DNA of 64,000 nt, taken from the human T2T-CHM13v2.0 reference genome, Homo sapiens. Below the pieces are notes generated by a model. That model was not told the DNA's origin. It was given only the letters and a program-made list of their open reading frames with translations, and did not search any database. A program made the position numbers and the translations under genes. Of the stretch, positions 1 to 11,344 are shown in pieces. How positions within the stretch are numbered: position 1 is the first letter of the stretch; the number at the start of each line of letters is the position of its first letter. The stretch lies in assembly GCF_009914755.1 (NCBI RefSeq), contig NC_060947.1, one strand, 5' to 3'.

Positions 1-558
1 TTGGGTTGGAGAGTTCTGTAGATGTCTATTAGGTCTGTTTGTTGCAGAGCTGAGTTCAGTTTCTGGATATCCTTGTTAACCTTCTGTCTCATTGATCTGT
101 CTAAAATTGACAGTGGGGTGTTAAAGTCTCCCATTATTATTGTGTGGGAGTCTAAGTCTCTTTGTAGGTTTCTAAGGACTTGCTTTTTGAATCTTGGTGC
201 TCCTGTACTGGGTGCATATATATTTAGGATAGTTAGCTCTTCTTGTTGAATTGATCTCTTTATCATTATGTAATAACCTTATTTGTCTTTTTGATCTTTG
301 TTGGTTTAAAGTCTGTTTTATCAGAGACTAGGATTGCAACCCCTGCTTTTCTTTTGCTTTCCATTTGCTTGGTAGATCTTCCTCCATCCTTTTATTTTGA
401 GCTTATGTGCATCTTTCCCCGTGAGATGAGTCTCCTGATACAGCACACTGATGGGTCCTGACTCTTTATCCAATTTGCAAGTCTGTATCTTTTAATTGGA
501 GCATTTAGCCCATTTACATTAAAGTTAATATTGTTATGTGTGAATTTGATCCTGTCAT
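1..558 (-). pseudogene. Disrupted L1 ORF2p endonuclease domain (partial)
   Basis: ATG at 558 reading MTGSNSHITILT; no long minus-strand ORF in the track, so the frame is broken. Confidence 0.9.
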
Positions 559-621
559 TATGATGTTAGCTGGTTATTTTGCCTGTAAATTGATGCAGTT
601 TCTTCATAGCCTCAATGGTCT

Positions 622-1654
622 TTACAATTTGGCCTGTTTTTACAGTGTCTGGTACCCGTTGTTTCTTTCCATGTTTAGTGCTTCCTTCAGGAGCTCTTTT
701 AGAGCAGGCCTGGTGGTGACAAAATCTCTCAGCATTTGCTTGCCTGTAAAGGATTTTATTTCTCCTTCACTTATGAAGCTTAGTTTGGCCGGATATGAAA
801 TTTTGGGTTGCAAATTGTTTTCTTTAAGAATGTTGAATATTGGCCCCCTACTCTCTTCTGTCTTGTTGGGTTTCTGCTGAGAGATTCGCTGTTAGTCTGA
901 TGGGCTTCCCTTTGTGGGTAACTCGACCTTTCTCTCTTGCTGCCCTTAACAGTTTTTCCTTCATTTCAACCTTGGTGAATCTGACAGTTATGTGTCTTGG
1001 GGTTGCTCTTCCTGAGGATTATCTTTGTGGTGTTCTCCATATTTCCTGAATTTGAATGTTGGCCTGCATTGCTATGTTAGGGAAGTTCTCCTGGAAAATA
1101 TCCTTAAGAGTGTTTTCCAACTAGGTTCCATTCTCCCCATCACTTTCAGGTACACCAATTAAATGCACATTTGGTCTTTTCACATAGTCCCATATTACTT
1201 GGAGGCTTTGTTCATTTCTTTTTACTCTTTTTTCTCTAACCTTGTCTTCTCACTTTATTTTATTAATTTGGTCTTCAATCACTGATACCCTTTCTTCCAC
1301 TTGATCGAATTGGCTATTGAAGCTTGTGCATGCATCACAACATTCTTGTGCCATGGTTTTCAGCTCCATCAGGTCATGTAAGGTCTTCTGTACACTGTTT
1401 ATTCTAGTTAGCCATTCACCTAATCTTTTTTTTTTAAGGTTTTTAGCTTCCTTGTGATGGGTTCAAACATCCTCCTTTAGCTTGGAGAAGTTTGTTATTA
1501 TTACTGACCTTCTGAAGCCTACTTCTGTCAACTCATCAAAGTCATTCTCCATCCCACTTTGTTCTGTTGCTGGTGAGGAGCTGTGATCCTGTGGAGGAGA
1601 AGAGGTGCTTGGATTTTTAGAATTTTCAGCTTTTCTGCTCTGGTTTCCCCCCAT
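622..1654 (-). pseudogene. Disrupted L1 ORF1p (RNA-binding protein)
   Basis: ATG at 1654; premature stop at ~1463 per ORF track; typical end ...CAAATTGTAA at 622. Confidence 0.9.
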
Positions 1655-2690
1655 CTTTGTGTTTTTATCTACCTTTAGTCTTTGATGTTGGTGACTCACA
1701 GATGGGGTTTTGCTATAAGTGACCTTTTTGTTGATATTGATACTATTCCTTTCTGTTTGTTAGTTTTCCTTCTAACAATCAGGTCCCTCAGCTGCAGGTC
1801 TGTTGGAGTTTGCTGGAGTTTCACTCCAGACCCTGTTTGCCTTGGTATCACCAGCAGAGGCTGCAGAACAGTAAATATTGCAGAACAGCAAATATTGCTG
1901 CCTGATCCTTCTTCTGGAAGCTTCTTCCTAGAGGGGCAGCTGCCTATATGGGGCATCTATCAGCCTCTATTGGTTGGTGTCTCCCAGTTAGGCTACATGG
2001 AGGTCAGGGACCCACTTGAGGGGCCAGTCTGTCCATTCTCAGAGCTCAAATGCCATGCTGGGAGAACCACTGCTCTCTTCAGAGCTGTCAGACAGGGATG
2101 TTTAAGTCTTCAGAAATTGTCTGCTGGCTTTTGTTCAGCTATGCCCTGCCCACAGAAGTGGAGTCCAGAGGCAGTAGGCCTTGTTGAGCTGTGGTGGGGT
2201 CTGCCCAGTTTGAGCTTCCAGGCAGCTTTCTTTACCTACTCAAGCCTCAGCAATGGCAGACACCCCTCTGCCAGCCAGGCTGCCACCTCACAGATTGATC
2301 TCAGACTGCTGAGCTAGCAGTGTGCAAGGCTCCATGGGTGTGGGACTCACTGAGCCAGGTACGGGAGAGAATCACCTTGTCTGTCAGTTGCTGAGACCTT
2401 GGGAAAAGCACAGTATTTGGGTGGGAGTGTCCCGTTTTTCCAGGTGGTCTCTTCCAGCTTCCCTTGGCTAGGAAAGGGAAATCCCCTGATGTATTGCACT
2501 TCCTGGGTTAGGCAATGCCCCACCCTACTTCAGCTCCCACTCTGTGGGCTGCACCCACTGTCCAACCAGTCCCAGTGACATGAACCAAGTATCTCAGTTG
2601 GAAATGCAGAAATCACCCATCTTCTGCATCGATCATGCTGGGAGCTGCACACTGGAGCTGTTCCTATTCAGCCACCTTGGAAAGCCCCTC
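1655..2690 (-). promoter_or_regulatory. L1PA 5'UTR (sense and antisense promoter region), CpG-depleted
   Basis: Lies between element terminus and ORF1 ATG, ~1035 bp; YY1 box altered to CCAAGGTGGCTG. Confidence 0.8.
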
Positions 2691-2937
2691 TTGTAGTTAA
2701 GAATTTCATGCCAGGCAAATGTGTGATTGACTCAGAGCTCTGTGCCAATCACAATGGGAAGCTCAACTCAATGAAACTTGGGGAAAGGCTGGGTGCCTAA
2801 AACTAGCACCAAGGGAAAAGTTATCTGAAATTCCTATTCAGTGGTGATTTAAACCTTAGGCTGTTGAAATAGGACCTAGGGCCCAGAGGGATAAGGACCT
2901 TTCTTCACTAGTTACCCAGGTAATAGAGAAGTAAGTG

Positions 2938-2944
2938 GTGTGTG

Positions 2945-2983
<39 letters not shown>
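2938..2983. repeat. (GT)n microsatellite
   Basis: About 18 uninterrupted GT units after one CC interruption. Confidence 0.97.
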
Positions 2984-2988
<5 letters not shown>

Positions 2989-3089
2989 GGGAAATCAACA
3001 GGGCAGAATGTATATATAATATACTCCAATAGCCTTCTAATTGGCCTTCCCAATTCCTCCTTACTTCAATCAAGCTTCCACACTACTGT

Positions 3090-6000
3090 TAAATTCATTT
3101 TCATTCATCAGTTGACAGACACAAGTTGATTCCAAATCTTGGCTATTTTAAATAATGCTGCAGTGAACATGGGAGCATTGATATCTTTTCAAAATAGTGA
3201 TATTATTCTCTTCAGATGCACACCTAGAAGTGAGATTGCTAAACCATATAGTAGTTTTATTCTTAGTTTTTTGAAGAATCTCTGTACTGTTTTTCATAAT
3301 GGTGGTACTTACATTTCTACCAATGGTGTGCAAGTGTGCCCATAGCTTTGCCAATACCTGTCATCCTTCTTGTGATAATAACCACTCTGAGAGGTGTGAG
3401 GTGATACTATGATTTTAATCTGCATTTTCCCAATATTTAATGATGTTGAGCATTTTTTCATATATCTATTGGCTATTTATATGTCTTTTGATAAATGTCT
3501 ATTGAGGTCCATTGCCCATTTCTTAATTGGGTTATTTGTTTTCTTGGTATTGAGTTGTATGAGATCCTTATAATTTTGGATACCAGATCTATGACTTGCA
3601 AATATTTTCTCCCAGTTCATAGGTTCTCTCTTCACTCTGTTAATTGTTTTCTTTGCTGTGCAGAAGCTTTTTAGTTTGATGTGTTTCCATTTGCCTATTT
3701 TTACTTTTGATGCCTGGACATTTGGAGCCAAATCCAAAGAATCATTGCCCAGACCAATGTTATGTAGTTTTTCCTCCATGTTTTCTTCTGTAGTTTTATG
3801 GACTTCACGTCTTATGTTCAAGCCTTTAATCCATTTTGAGTTGATTCTTGTATATTGTGTGACATGAGTGTCCATTTTAATTCTTCTGCATGTGGATATC
3901 CAGCTTTTCCAACACTAATTATTGAACAAACTCTTCTTTTCCCATTATGTGTTCTTGGCACATTTGTTTGAAATCAATTGACCATAAATGCATGGATTTA
4001 TTTCTGGTCTCTCTATTCTGTTCTATTGGTCAGTGTGTCTATTTTTATGCCAGTACCATACTGTTTTAAATATTATAGCTTTGTAATAAAATTTGAAATG
4101 AAGAAGTATGATGTCTTCAGCTTTCTTCTTGCTCAAGATTGCTTTAGCTATTCAGGCTCTTTTATGTTTCTATGCAAATTTTAGGATTTTCAGAAATTTC
4201 TGTGAAAGATGCCATGGAATTTTTATACAGATCGCATTAAATCTATAGATTGTTTTGGGTAGCATGGACATTTTGATAATATTGGTTGTTTTGATCAACA
4301 ATCATGGAATGTATTTTCATTGATTTGTGTGTTCATAAATTTCTCTCATTAATATTTTGTAGCTTTCAATTTACAGATTTTTTACCTCCTGGTATAAATT
4401 TATTACTAAGTATTTTATTCTTTTTGTTGTATTATAAATGGGATTTCTGTTCTTAATTGCTTTTGTGGGCAGTTAATTATTAGTAAATAGAAAGGCCATT
4501 AATATTTATGTGTTGATTTTGTATCCCAAAACTTCAGCATATTTGTTTATTAATTCTAACAATTTTTATTGGCATATGTGGAGTTATGCATATATATGAT
4601 CATGTATCTGCAAACAGAGACAGGTTTGCTTCTTTTCTAATTTGGATGTCTTTTATCTCTTTTTCTTATCTAATTGCTCTAGCTAGGACTTCCAGTACTA
4701 TGTTGACTAGAGGTGGCAAAATGGGCATTCTTTTCTTATTCCTGATCTTAAAGGAGAAGCTTTCAATTTTTTATCATTGAGTATAAGGTTTGATGTGGGC
4801 TAGTTTATGACCTTTATTGCATTGAGGTACATTTCTTTTATACCTAACTTGAGAGATTTTATCATGAAAGGATGTTAAATTTCATCAAATACTTTTTCTG
4901 CGTCTAATGAGATGATCATATGGTTATTGGTTTTTGTTCTGTTAATATGATGTATTGCATTTGTTGATTTGCATATGTTGGACCATCTTGGCATCCCCAG
5001 GACAAATCCCACTTGATTGTGATGAAATATACTTTTAATGTGCTGTTGAACTTGGTTTGATAGTATTTTGTTGAGGATTTTTGTATCTATGGTTGTCAAG
5101 GATATTTCCCTGTATTTTTTATTCCTTGTAGTATCCCTATTTGACTTTGGGGTAAGGGTAACACTAGCCTCATAAGATGAATATAGAAGTGTTCCTTCCT
5201 CTTAAATTTTTTCAGAAGAGTTTGAGAATGATTGCATTAATTATTCATTAAATATTTGGTAGAATTAACAGTGAAGCCATCAGGGGCTTTTCTGTGTTGG
5301 AATATTTTTGATTACTGAGTCAGTTTCCTTACATTTTATCCAACAATTCAAATTTTCCATTCTCATGATTCAGTTTTGGTAGGTTCTAAGTTTCTAGAAG
5401 TCTATTGATTTCTTTTAGGTTACCTAATTTGTTGGCATATAATTGTTCATAGTATTTTTTTCTGATCCTTATTATTTATGTGGTATTATTTATAATGTCT
5501 CTACTTTCATTTTTGATTCAATGTATTTGAGTCTTTTTCATTTTAGTCTAGCTAAAGTCTTGGCAATTTTATTCTTCTTTTTAGACATCCAACTCTTAGT
5601 TTCATTCATCTTTTCTATTTTTCCTTAATATTTTATTTATTTATGCTGTTTGTCCTTAGTTTGTTCTTCTTTTTATATTTCCTTAAGTGTAAACTAAAGT
5701 TGTTTATTTGACACCTTTCTTTTTTCTTTATGTGGGTATTTTATTGTTGTAATAGTCTTTTTTTGAAACTGCTTTTGCTGCATAAGTTTTGGTATGTCTT
5801 GTTTTCATTTTCACCTGTCTCATGGTATTTTTAAAATTTTCTCTTTGATTTCTTCTTTTACCCATTGTCTGCTCAGTTGTATGCTATTTAATTTCCACAT
5901 ATTTGTAAATTTCTAGTTTTTCTCCTGTTGTTGATTTCTAGTTTTATACTGTTGTCAATGGTAGAGATATTTAATATGATCTCAATATTCTTAAATTTGT

Positions 6001-7275
6001 TAAGACTTGATTCTGACATAATATATGATTTATACTCAAGAATATCCCATGTGTACTTGAATGGAATATGTATTTATCCTGCTGTTGAATGGAATGCTGT
6101 CTGTGTCTGTTAGATTCATTTTGTCTAAGGTATAGTTGAAATGTGCTGTTTCCTTGATGATTTCATATCTGAATGATCTAGCCATTGTTGAAAGTGAAGT
6201 ATTGAAGTCCCCTAATATTATTGTATTGCTGTCAATTTCTGCCTTTAGATCTGTTAATATTTGTTTTATGTATTTAAGTGCCCCAATGTCAGGTGCATAT
6301 ATATTTACAATTGTTATATTATTTTAATCAGTCAACCTCTTGGTCTCTCGCCACAGTATTTGATGTTCAGTCTATTTTGTCTGATATAAATATAGCTCCC
6401 AAGCTCTCTTTTGATTTTCATTTGTGTAACATGTTTCTGCATCCTCTTACTTTCATTCTATATGTCCTTAATGCTAAAGTGAGTCTCTTGTAAGCAGCAT
6501 ACAGGTGGGTCGTTAAAAAAAAAAAAAAGCATTCAGCCATTCTTGATTAAAAATTTTAGTTCACTTCCATTTGAAGTAATTATTGATAGATAAAGATTTA
6601 TGGCTGTTAGTTTATTATTTTCTGTTTTATAGTTCATTTGTTCATTTCTTCATCTCATCCTGTCTCCCTTTGTGATTTGATAATTTTCTGTAGTGGTATG
6701 ATTTGATTCCTGTCTCTCTTTTGTGTATCTGCTATAGATTTTGCTTTGTAGTTGCTATGATCCTTAAACAAAACATTTTATAGTTTTAACAGCCTATTTC
6801 AAGCTGAAAGCAATTTAATCTTAATCACATTAGAAAACACTACACCTTTCCCCTCTCCCCTACTTTTAGGCATCTCCCAGTCACTCAACTGTGCTGATCC
6901 CCTTAGTATTATGTGTAGGGCAAGAAAAAATGTGACTCATAGGCAGCATTCTACACAACTGGAAGTTCTTGGTGCTCACTTACAATATACTCACTTTTCC
7001 CCACTGTATGAATTATGGGTTGATGGGGGTTTCTCTTAGCACTGAGTTATACTGCCTTGGAGGCAGGGTTACATGGGTAAAGTGAAAATGTTCTTTTTAC
7101 CTTTTTAAAGTGTCTATCCTCTATTTTTTTTTTTTTTTTTGCTCCAATGGTATGCTGGAACTTCTCCACTGGACCTCTGGACTTACACAAAGGTACTCCA
7201 GTCCATGGCTGGTTATCAAATTTGATGCACAATTGGGGGACAATGGTAGAAAACTCCTATTCTGCCATCTTACTG
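3090..7275 (-). mobile_element. Old L1 (late L1MA/L1MB-type): decayed ORF2 (~3090-6530), inter-ORF region and a 5' end fragment (~6870-7275)
   Basis: ORF fragments INSKWIKGLNIR...HIKLKSFCTAK and [28 protein letters not shown]; CTCCTATTCTGCCATCTT (YY1-type L1M 5' terminus) at ~7254-7271. Confidence 0.85.
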
Positions 7276-8044
7276 GGAGTCATAAATATCTAGCACAGCT
7301 TTAGGCACATTCTTAGATTTTACTTCAACCTGTCTAATTCAACTTTATCTTCAATATAGCTTAATCATCTATCCCACACTACTCTCACCCACTACATTCT
7401 ATTCCACCAACAAACCACATGGCATTCCCAACCTATGCCTTGTTGTCTTTGCATATTTCTCCTTTTACCAGAGATATCCCAAACCCTTTCTCTATGAAGT
7501 TTTACTTTAGTGCTCCAGTTGGTGCACATTTCTTTCCTCCTTTTAACCCCCATGGTATTTATTATCTACTATGGAATGAGAATTAATTATCACAACTAGC
7601 TTGAAACAACTTTCCATATTACAAATTAGTTTTTCCAGGCTCATTGTTCCACAGCAAAATGTTTGTTTTTCTTGACTTTTTCAAGAGAGGATGTACTGTC
7701 TTCTTAACTATGAAGGCATAGGCAGGCCCTCATACTATTTTGCATGCTCCAAGTGGTACTGCAAAGCACTTAAGAGGCCCTGAAATTTTACTGATTTAAC
7801 ATTGTTGAATAACTGTTAATGTGTCCCTTCATCTCCAGTCTCTTTAGCTCAAGCCCTCCTCACTTCTGCCGGGCACCACTGCAACAGCCTCTTCAGTCAT
7901 TTCCACTGAATTGATCTGGCTTTCTAAATGTAGGTAAGATTTTATTCCTCCTTCAAAATACAAATACACACAACAATGGCACTCATCCCCTGATGAAAAT
8001 GTTTAAGACCTTTAAGATGCCATGGAAATAAAGCCCACTAGAGA

Positions 8045-8277
8045 TTTTTTTTTTATTATACTTTAAGTTTTAGGGTACATGTGCATAATGTGCAAGTTAG
8101 TTACATATGTATACATGTGCCATGCTGGTGTGCTGCACCCATTAACTCGTCATTTAGCATTAGGTATATCTCCTAATGCTATCCCTCCCCCCTCCCCCAA
8201 CCCCACAACAGTCCCCAGAGTGTGATGTTCCCCTTCCTGTGTCCATGTGTTCTCATTGTTCAATTCCCATCTATGAG
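8045..8277 (-). mobile_element. 5'-truncated L1PA3-like 3' end (~230 bp) with TSD GAGATTTTTT
   Basis: poly-T + ATTATACTTTAAGTTTTAGGGTACATGTG; GAGATTTTTT at 8041 and 8275; TT/AAAA endonuclease site on the minus strand. Confidence 0.93.
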
Positions 8278-8410
8278 ATTTTTTAAGGGCTGGGACCATG
8301 TCTTACTCATTCTTGTATCTGATGCCCCCACCACTTCCCTACGTAGTGCAGTGTCTGGCACATAGCACATGCTAGGGAATATTTGACTACTGATTGAGTA
8401 TGAAAATGAA
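8278..8410 (+). mobile_element. L2 3' end, interrupted by the L1PA3 insertion
   Basis: GGGCTGGGACCATGTCTTACTCAT...TGGCACATAG...TGAATTGAA tail. Confidence 0.7.
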
Positions 8411-8439
8411 TTGAAAAAATCACTGAATGCCAGAAATAA

Positions 8440-8590
8440 AAGGAACTTTAGAGATTGTGGTTTTAGAGATGTAGTTCTGCCTTATTGATTTACAGATTAG
8501 GAAAATGAGGCTTGGGGAGTTTAACTGTAAGTCAATGTTCATCTTAACACTATATTGCAGTGAAGTTAGGTACAGAAAAGGATCAGTCTC
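8440..8590 (-). mobile_element. MIR fragment
   Basis: TTTACAGATTAGGAAAATGAGGCT core. Confidence 0.6.
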
Positions 8591-9594
8591 CTAAAGTAGA
8601 ATGTGATGCTCATTCTCTGAACAACTTTAAATATACGAGGCATGAATTAACCAGGGATGGAACTCATTGGTCTTGCATAATTCTAGAAAATGTTACAACT
8701 TGGCACATCACAGTATAGGAAACCAACAGGAGTTTCTTGCTTCAGCATCAACAGGGTGTGACATCACGTTCTTGTGTCATGAAGAAACATGTTCTAAAGT
8801 GGTTGAAGAGAAGAAACCACTTTGGAGCTTGAGTATTTATGAGAATTTGATGTTGTGATCAAATGCAGCTAACAACTAAATTTTTCTGATACACATTGGA
8901 TAATTTGCATAGAAATAACTGTGCTTTTTGGTTAATGGGTGGCATACATTGGGAAGTCAATGTAAATGACTAATTTCTCAATCTTTGACATATAGCTAGA
9001 TGAAATGCTTATTTTTTATTTTTGTCCAAAGACTCTAGGCTGAATCATCTGGTGCTTCCAACCTATTTTTCATGTTATATCATAACCCTGGGCTTCCCAA
9101 TCTGATGACACTCTGGAGTTCATTTGGATACCCTGGGTATCCAAAGGACTCCTAGAGGCACAAATTGCAGGCCATATGGTTCAGTTAGATTGGTTGAGGG
9201 TTGGGGATGTGTGGTACATAAATGGAGATAAGAGGAGCTGGATAGCTGGGGAGGTAAAAACCCAGGTGGAGTTTTTAATGGACTCTGGATTCTCAGGAAC
9301 TTCATTCATGTTTTCAGGCAGATTGAGAGCCAGAGCTCTGATAAAGGTTGTGAATTCAGGCAAGAGCCAGAGGGACAGGAAAGGCTCCAGTTTCCCAGAC
9401 ATTTTGGCTCCCAGCAGCTCCAGGGATCATGTAGGCAGGCACTGCTATAGTCCTTCCAGAGATTTATTGACATTAATGGATTGCAAACCTGAATCTGATC
9501 AATCTTTTTCTAATAGGAGGAATAAGGTAGAGAGCAGAAAGACACTGGAGTATGGAAAACAAACTGCTCTTTGCACTTGGATGATGTTTTGTCC

Positions 9595-9725
9595 TATTTA
9601 CCACTGTAGCTTTTTAAGGGCTGGCACCATGTCTTATTCACTTTTGCATCTGACACCTTGGCCTTCACCACTGCCTAATACAGTGCCTGATATATTATAG
9701 ATGCTTAGTAAATATTTCCATACAA
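9595..9725 (+). mobile_element. L2 3' end
   Basis: CTGTAGCTTTTTAAGGGCTGGCACCATGTCTT...ACAGTGCCTG...GCTTAGTAAATATTT. Confidence 0.7.
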
Positions 9726-10009
9726 ACAAAAGCTAAGGTTGTATAGAACTGGGCAGAGGAGTAGCGATGGGGGAAGTGTTTGTGGTTGTGTCCAGCCATG
9801 GAAAATGACTGAGTCATAACCTTTACTTGTTATGTATTCCCAGAGGGAAAGAGAAGCAGTGGTTTAAGACTTTTAAAAGATTGCTTGCTAACTAATGCTT
9901 AAACTGTATGGGTAAGTGCTTCAATCAGACTATGGACATTGTGCAGATTCCAACTATATATCAGCAATTTAACTACTTTCTTTTGATGTTACTTTAAATT
10001 TCTGTTTTA

Positions 10010-11105
10010 TCTTTTTAATAGTTTTTTCAGATATAACTGATATAAAATAAAGTACACATATTGAAAGTGTAGAAATATATAAACACATATATGTATAATA
10101 TTCATAAAAGAATTACAACAGTGAGGATAGTAAACATATCTATCATTCATCCCCAGATGTTCTTCTTGCCCCTTTGTAATTACTCATTCTTGCTCCTCCC
10201 CCACAGACAGCCATTGATCTTCTTTCAGTCACTACATATTAGTTGTAGTTTTCTAGAGTTTTATATAAATTGAATCACACAGTGCTATGGTTTGAAGGCC
10301 TTTTCAAAAACCCATGTTGAAAATTTAATTGCCATTGTGACAGCGTTAAGAAGTGGGACTGTTAAAAGGTGATTAGAACATGAGGGCTCTGCCCTCATGA
10401 GTGTATTAACGTTGTTATCTTAGGAGTGGTTTTGTTATCTCAGAAGAAGATTCATGATTAAAGGATGAGCTTATCTCCTTCTCTCTTTCCTTATCTTGCT
10501 CATTCTCACTCACTTACCCTTCTACATTCTGCCATGAGATGACATAGCAATAAGGCCATCACCAGATGTGTGCCCCTTGACCTTGAACTTCCTAACCTCC
10601 AGAACTCTAAGAAATAAATTTTTTCCTTATAATTTACACAGAGCATATTCTTTTATGGCAACATAAAATGGATTTGTACATATAGTATGCATGCTTTTGG
10701 GTCTGGCTTCTTTAATGCACCATAATTATTTTGAGACTCAAACATGTTATATCAGGTGTCAATAGTTTATTCATTTTTATTGTTATGTGGTATTCCATTG
10801 TATAGATATACCAGATTTTCTTTTTTCATTCACCTGCTCATAACATTTGAAATATTTCTGGGTTTTTGGCTATTACCAATGATGTTGCTGTAAATATATT
10901 CATATATAAGTCTTTGCATGGACATAGGCTTTCATTTCTCATGGGTAAATGCTGAGGAAGAGAATGACTGCATCATAAGGTATGTGTAGACTTCAGTTTT
11001 TAAGAAATTGCCAAATTGTTTTCCAAAGTGGATGGAGTATTTTATATTCCCACCAGGAATATATGAGTTCCAGTTCCTCCACAGCCCTGTCAACATTTGT
11101 AGTCC
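10010..11105 (-). mobile_element. Old L1 (L1MC/L1MD/L1ME-type) 3' end, split by an MST LTR
   Basis: TTCTAGAGTTTTATATAAATTGAATCACACAG resumes as TATGCATGCTTTTGGGTCTGGCTTCTTT after the LTR. Confidence 0.75.
10283..10680 (+). mobile_element. MaLR solo LTR (MSTC/MSTD-like)
   Basis: TGCTATGGTTTGAA...CATGTTGAAAATTTAATTGCC start; CTCCAGAACTCTAAGAAATAAATT near end. Confidence 0.85.
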
Positions 11106-11159
11106 ATTACAAAAAAATAAATCTCTCTGTTAATCTCTCATTGTAGTAATTTATTATTT

Positions 11160-11340
11160 ACTGATTTAATTAAGATGTTTATCTGCCTTTTATTGAAGTT
11201 CACTGTGCTTCCTTAAAACAATTATTTTGAATACTTTGTCAAGGAGTTCATAAATCTTTATTTCTTGGGGATGGTTTCTGGTGCTTTATTTTATTCTTTT
11301 GGCAGTGTAATATTGCTGGTGTCATGTTTCCCTGATTATT
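11160..11340 (-). mobile_element. Fragment of an old L1M ORF1 N-terminal region
   Basis: Resembles 16740-16880 (CTTAAAACAATTATTTTGAAT...TGGTGCTTTATTT). Confidence 0.5.
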
Positions 11341-11344
11341 CTTT

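Larger units (their letters stand above)
1..2690 (-). mobile_element. LINE-1, L1PA7/L1PA8-like: 5'UTR, ORF1 and start of ORF2 (continues left of window)
   Basis: Minus strand begins GAGGGGCTTTCCAAGGTGGCTGAATAGGAACAGCTCC, the L1PA 5' terminus; ORF1 N-terminus MGGNQSRKAENSKN...FDELTEVGFRRSVI; ORF2 start MTGSNSHITILTLNVNGLNAPIKR. Confidence 0.95.

Noticed and set aside
1682-2317. 211-aa + strand ORF
   Set aside because: Antisense to the L1 5'UTR, non-ATG start, no recognisable domain
9176-9700. 174-aa ATG ORF (and a 73-aa antisense ORF) in partly unique DNA
   Set aside because: No recognisable protein family, runs into an L2 relic, no supporting exon structure; consistent with chance
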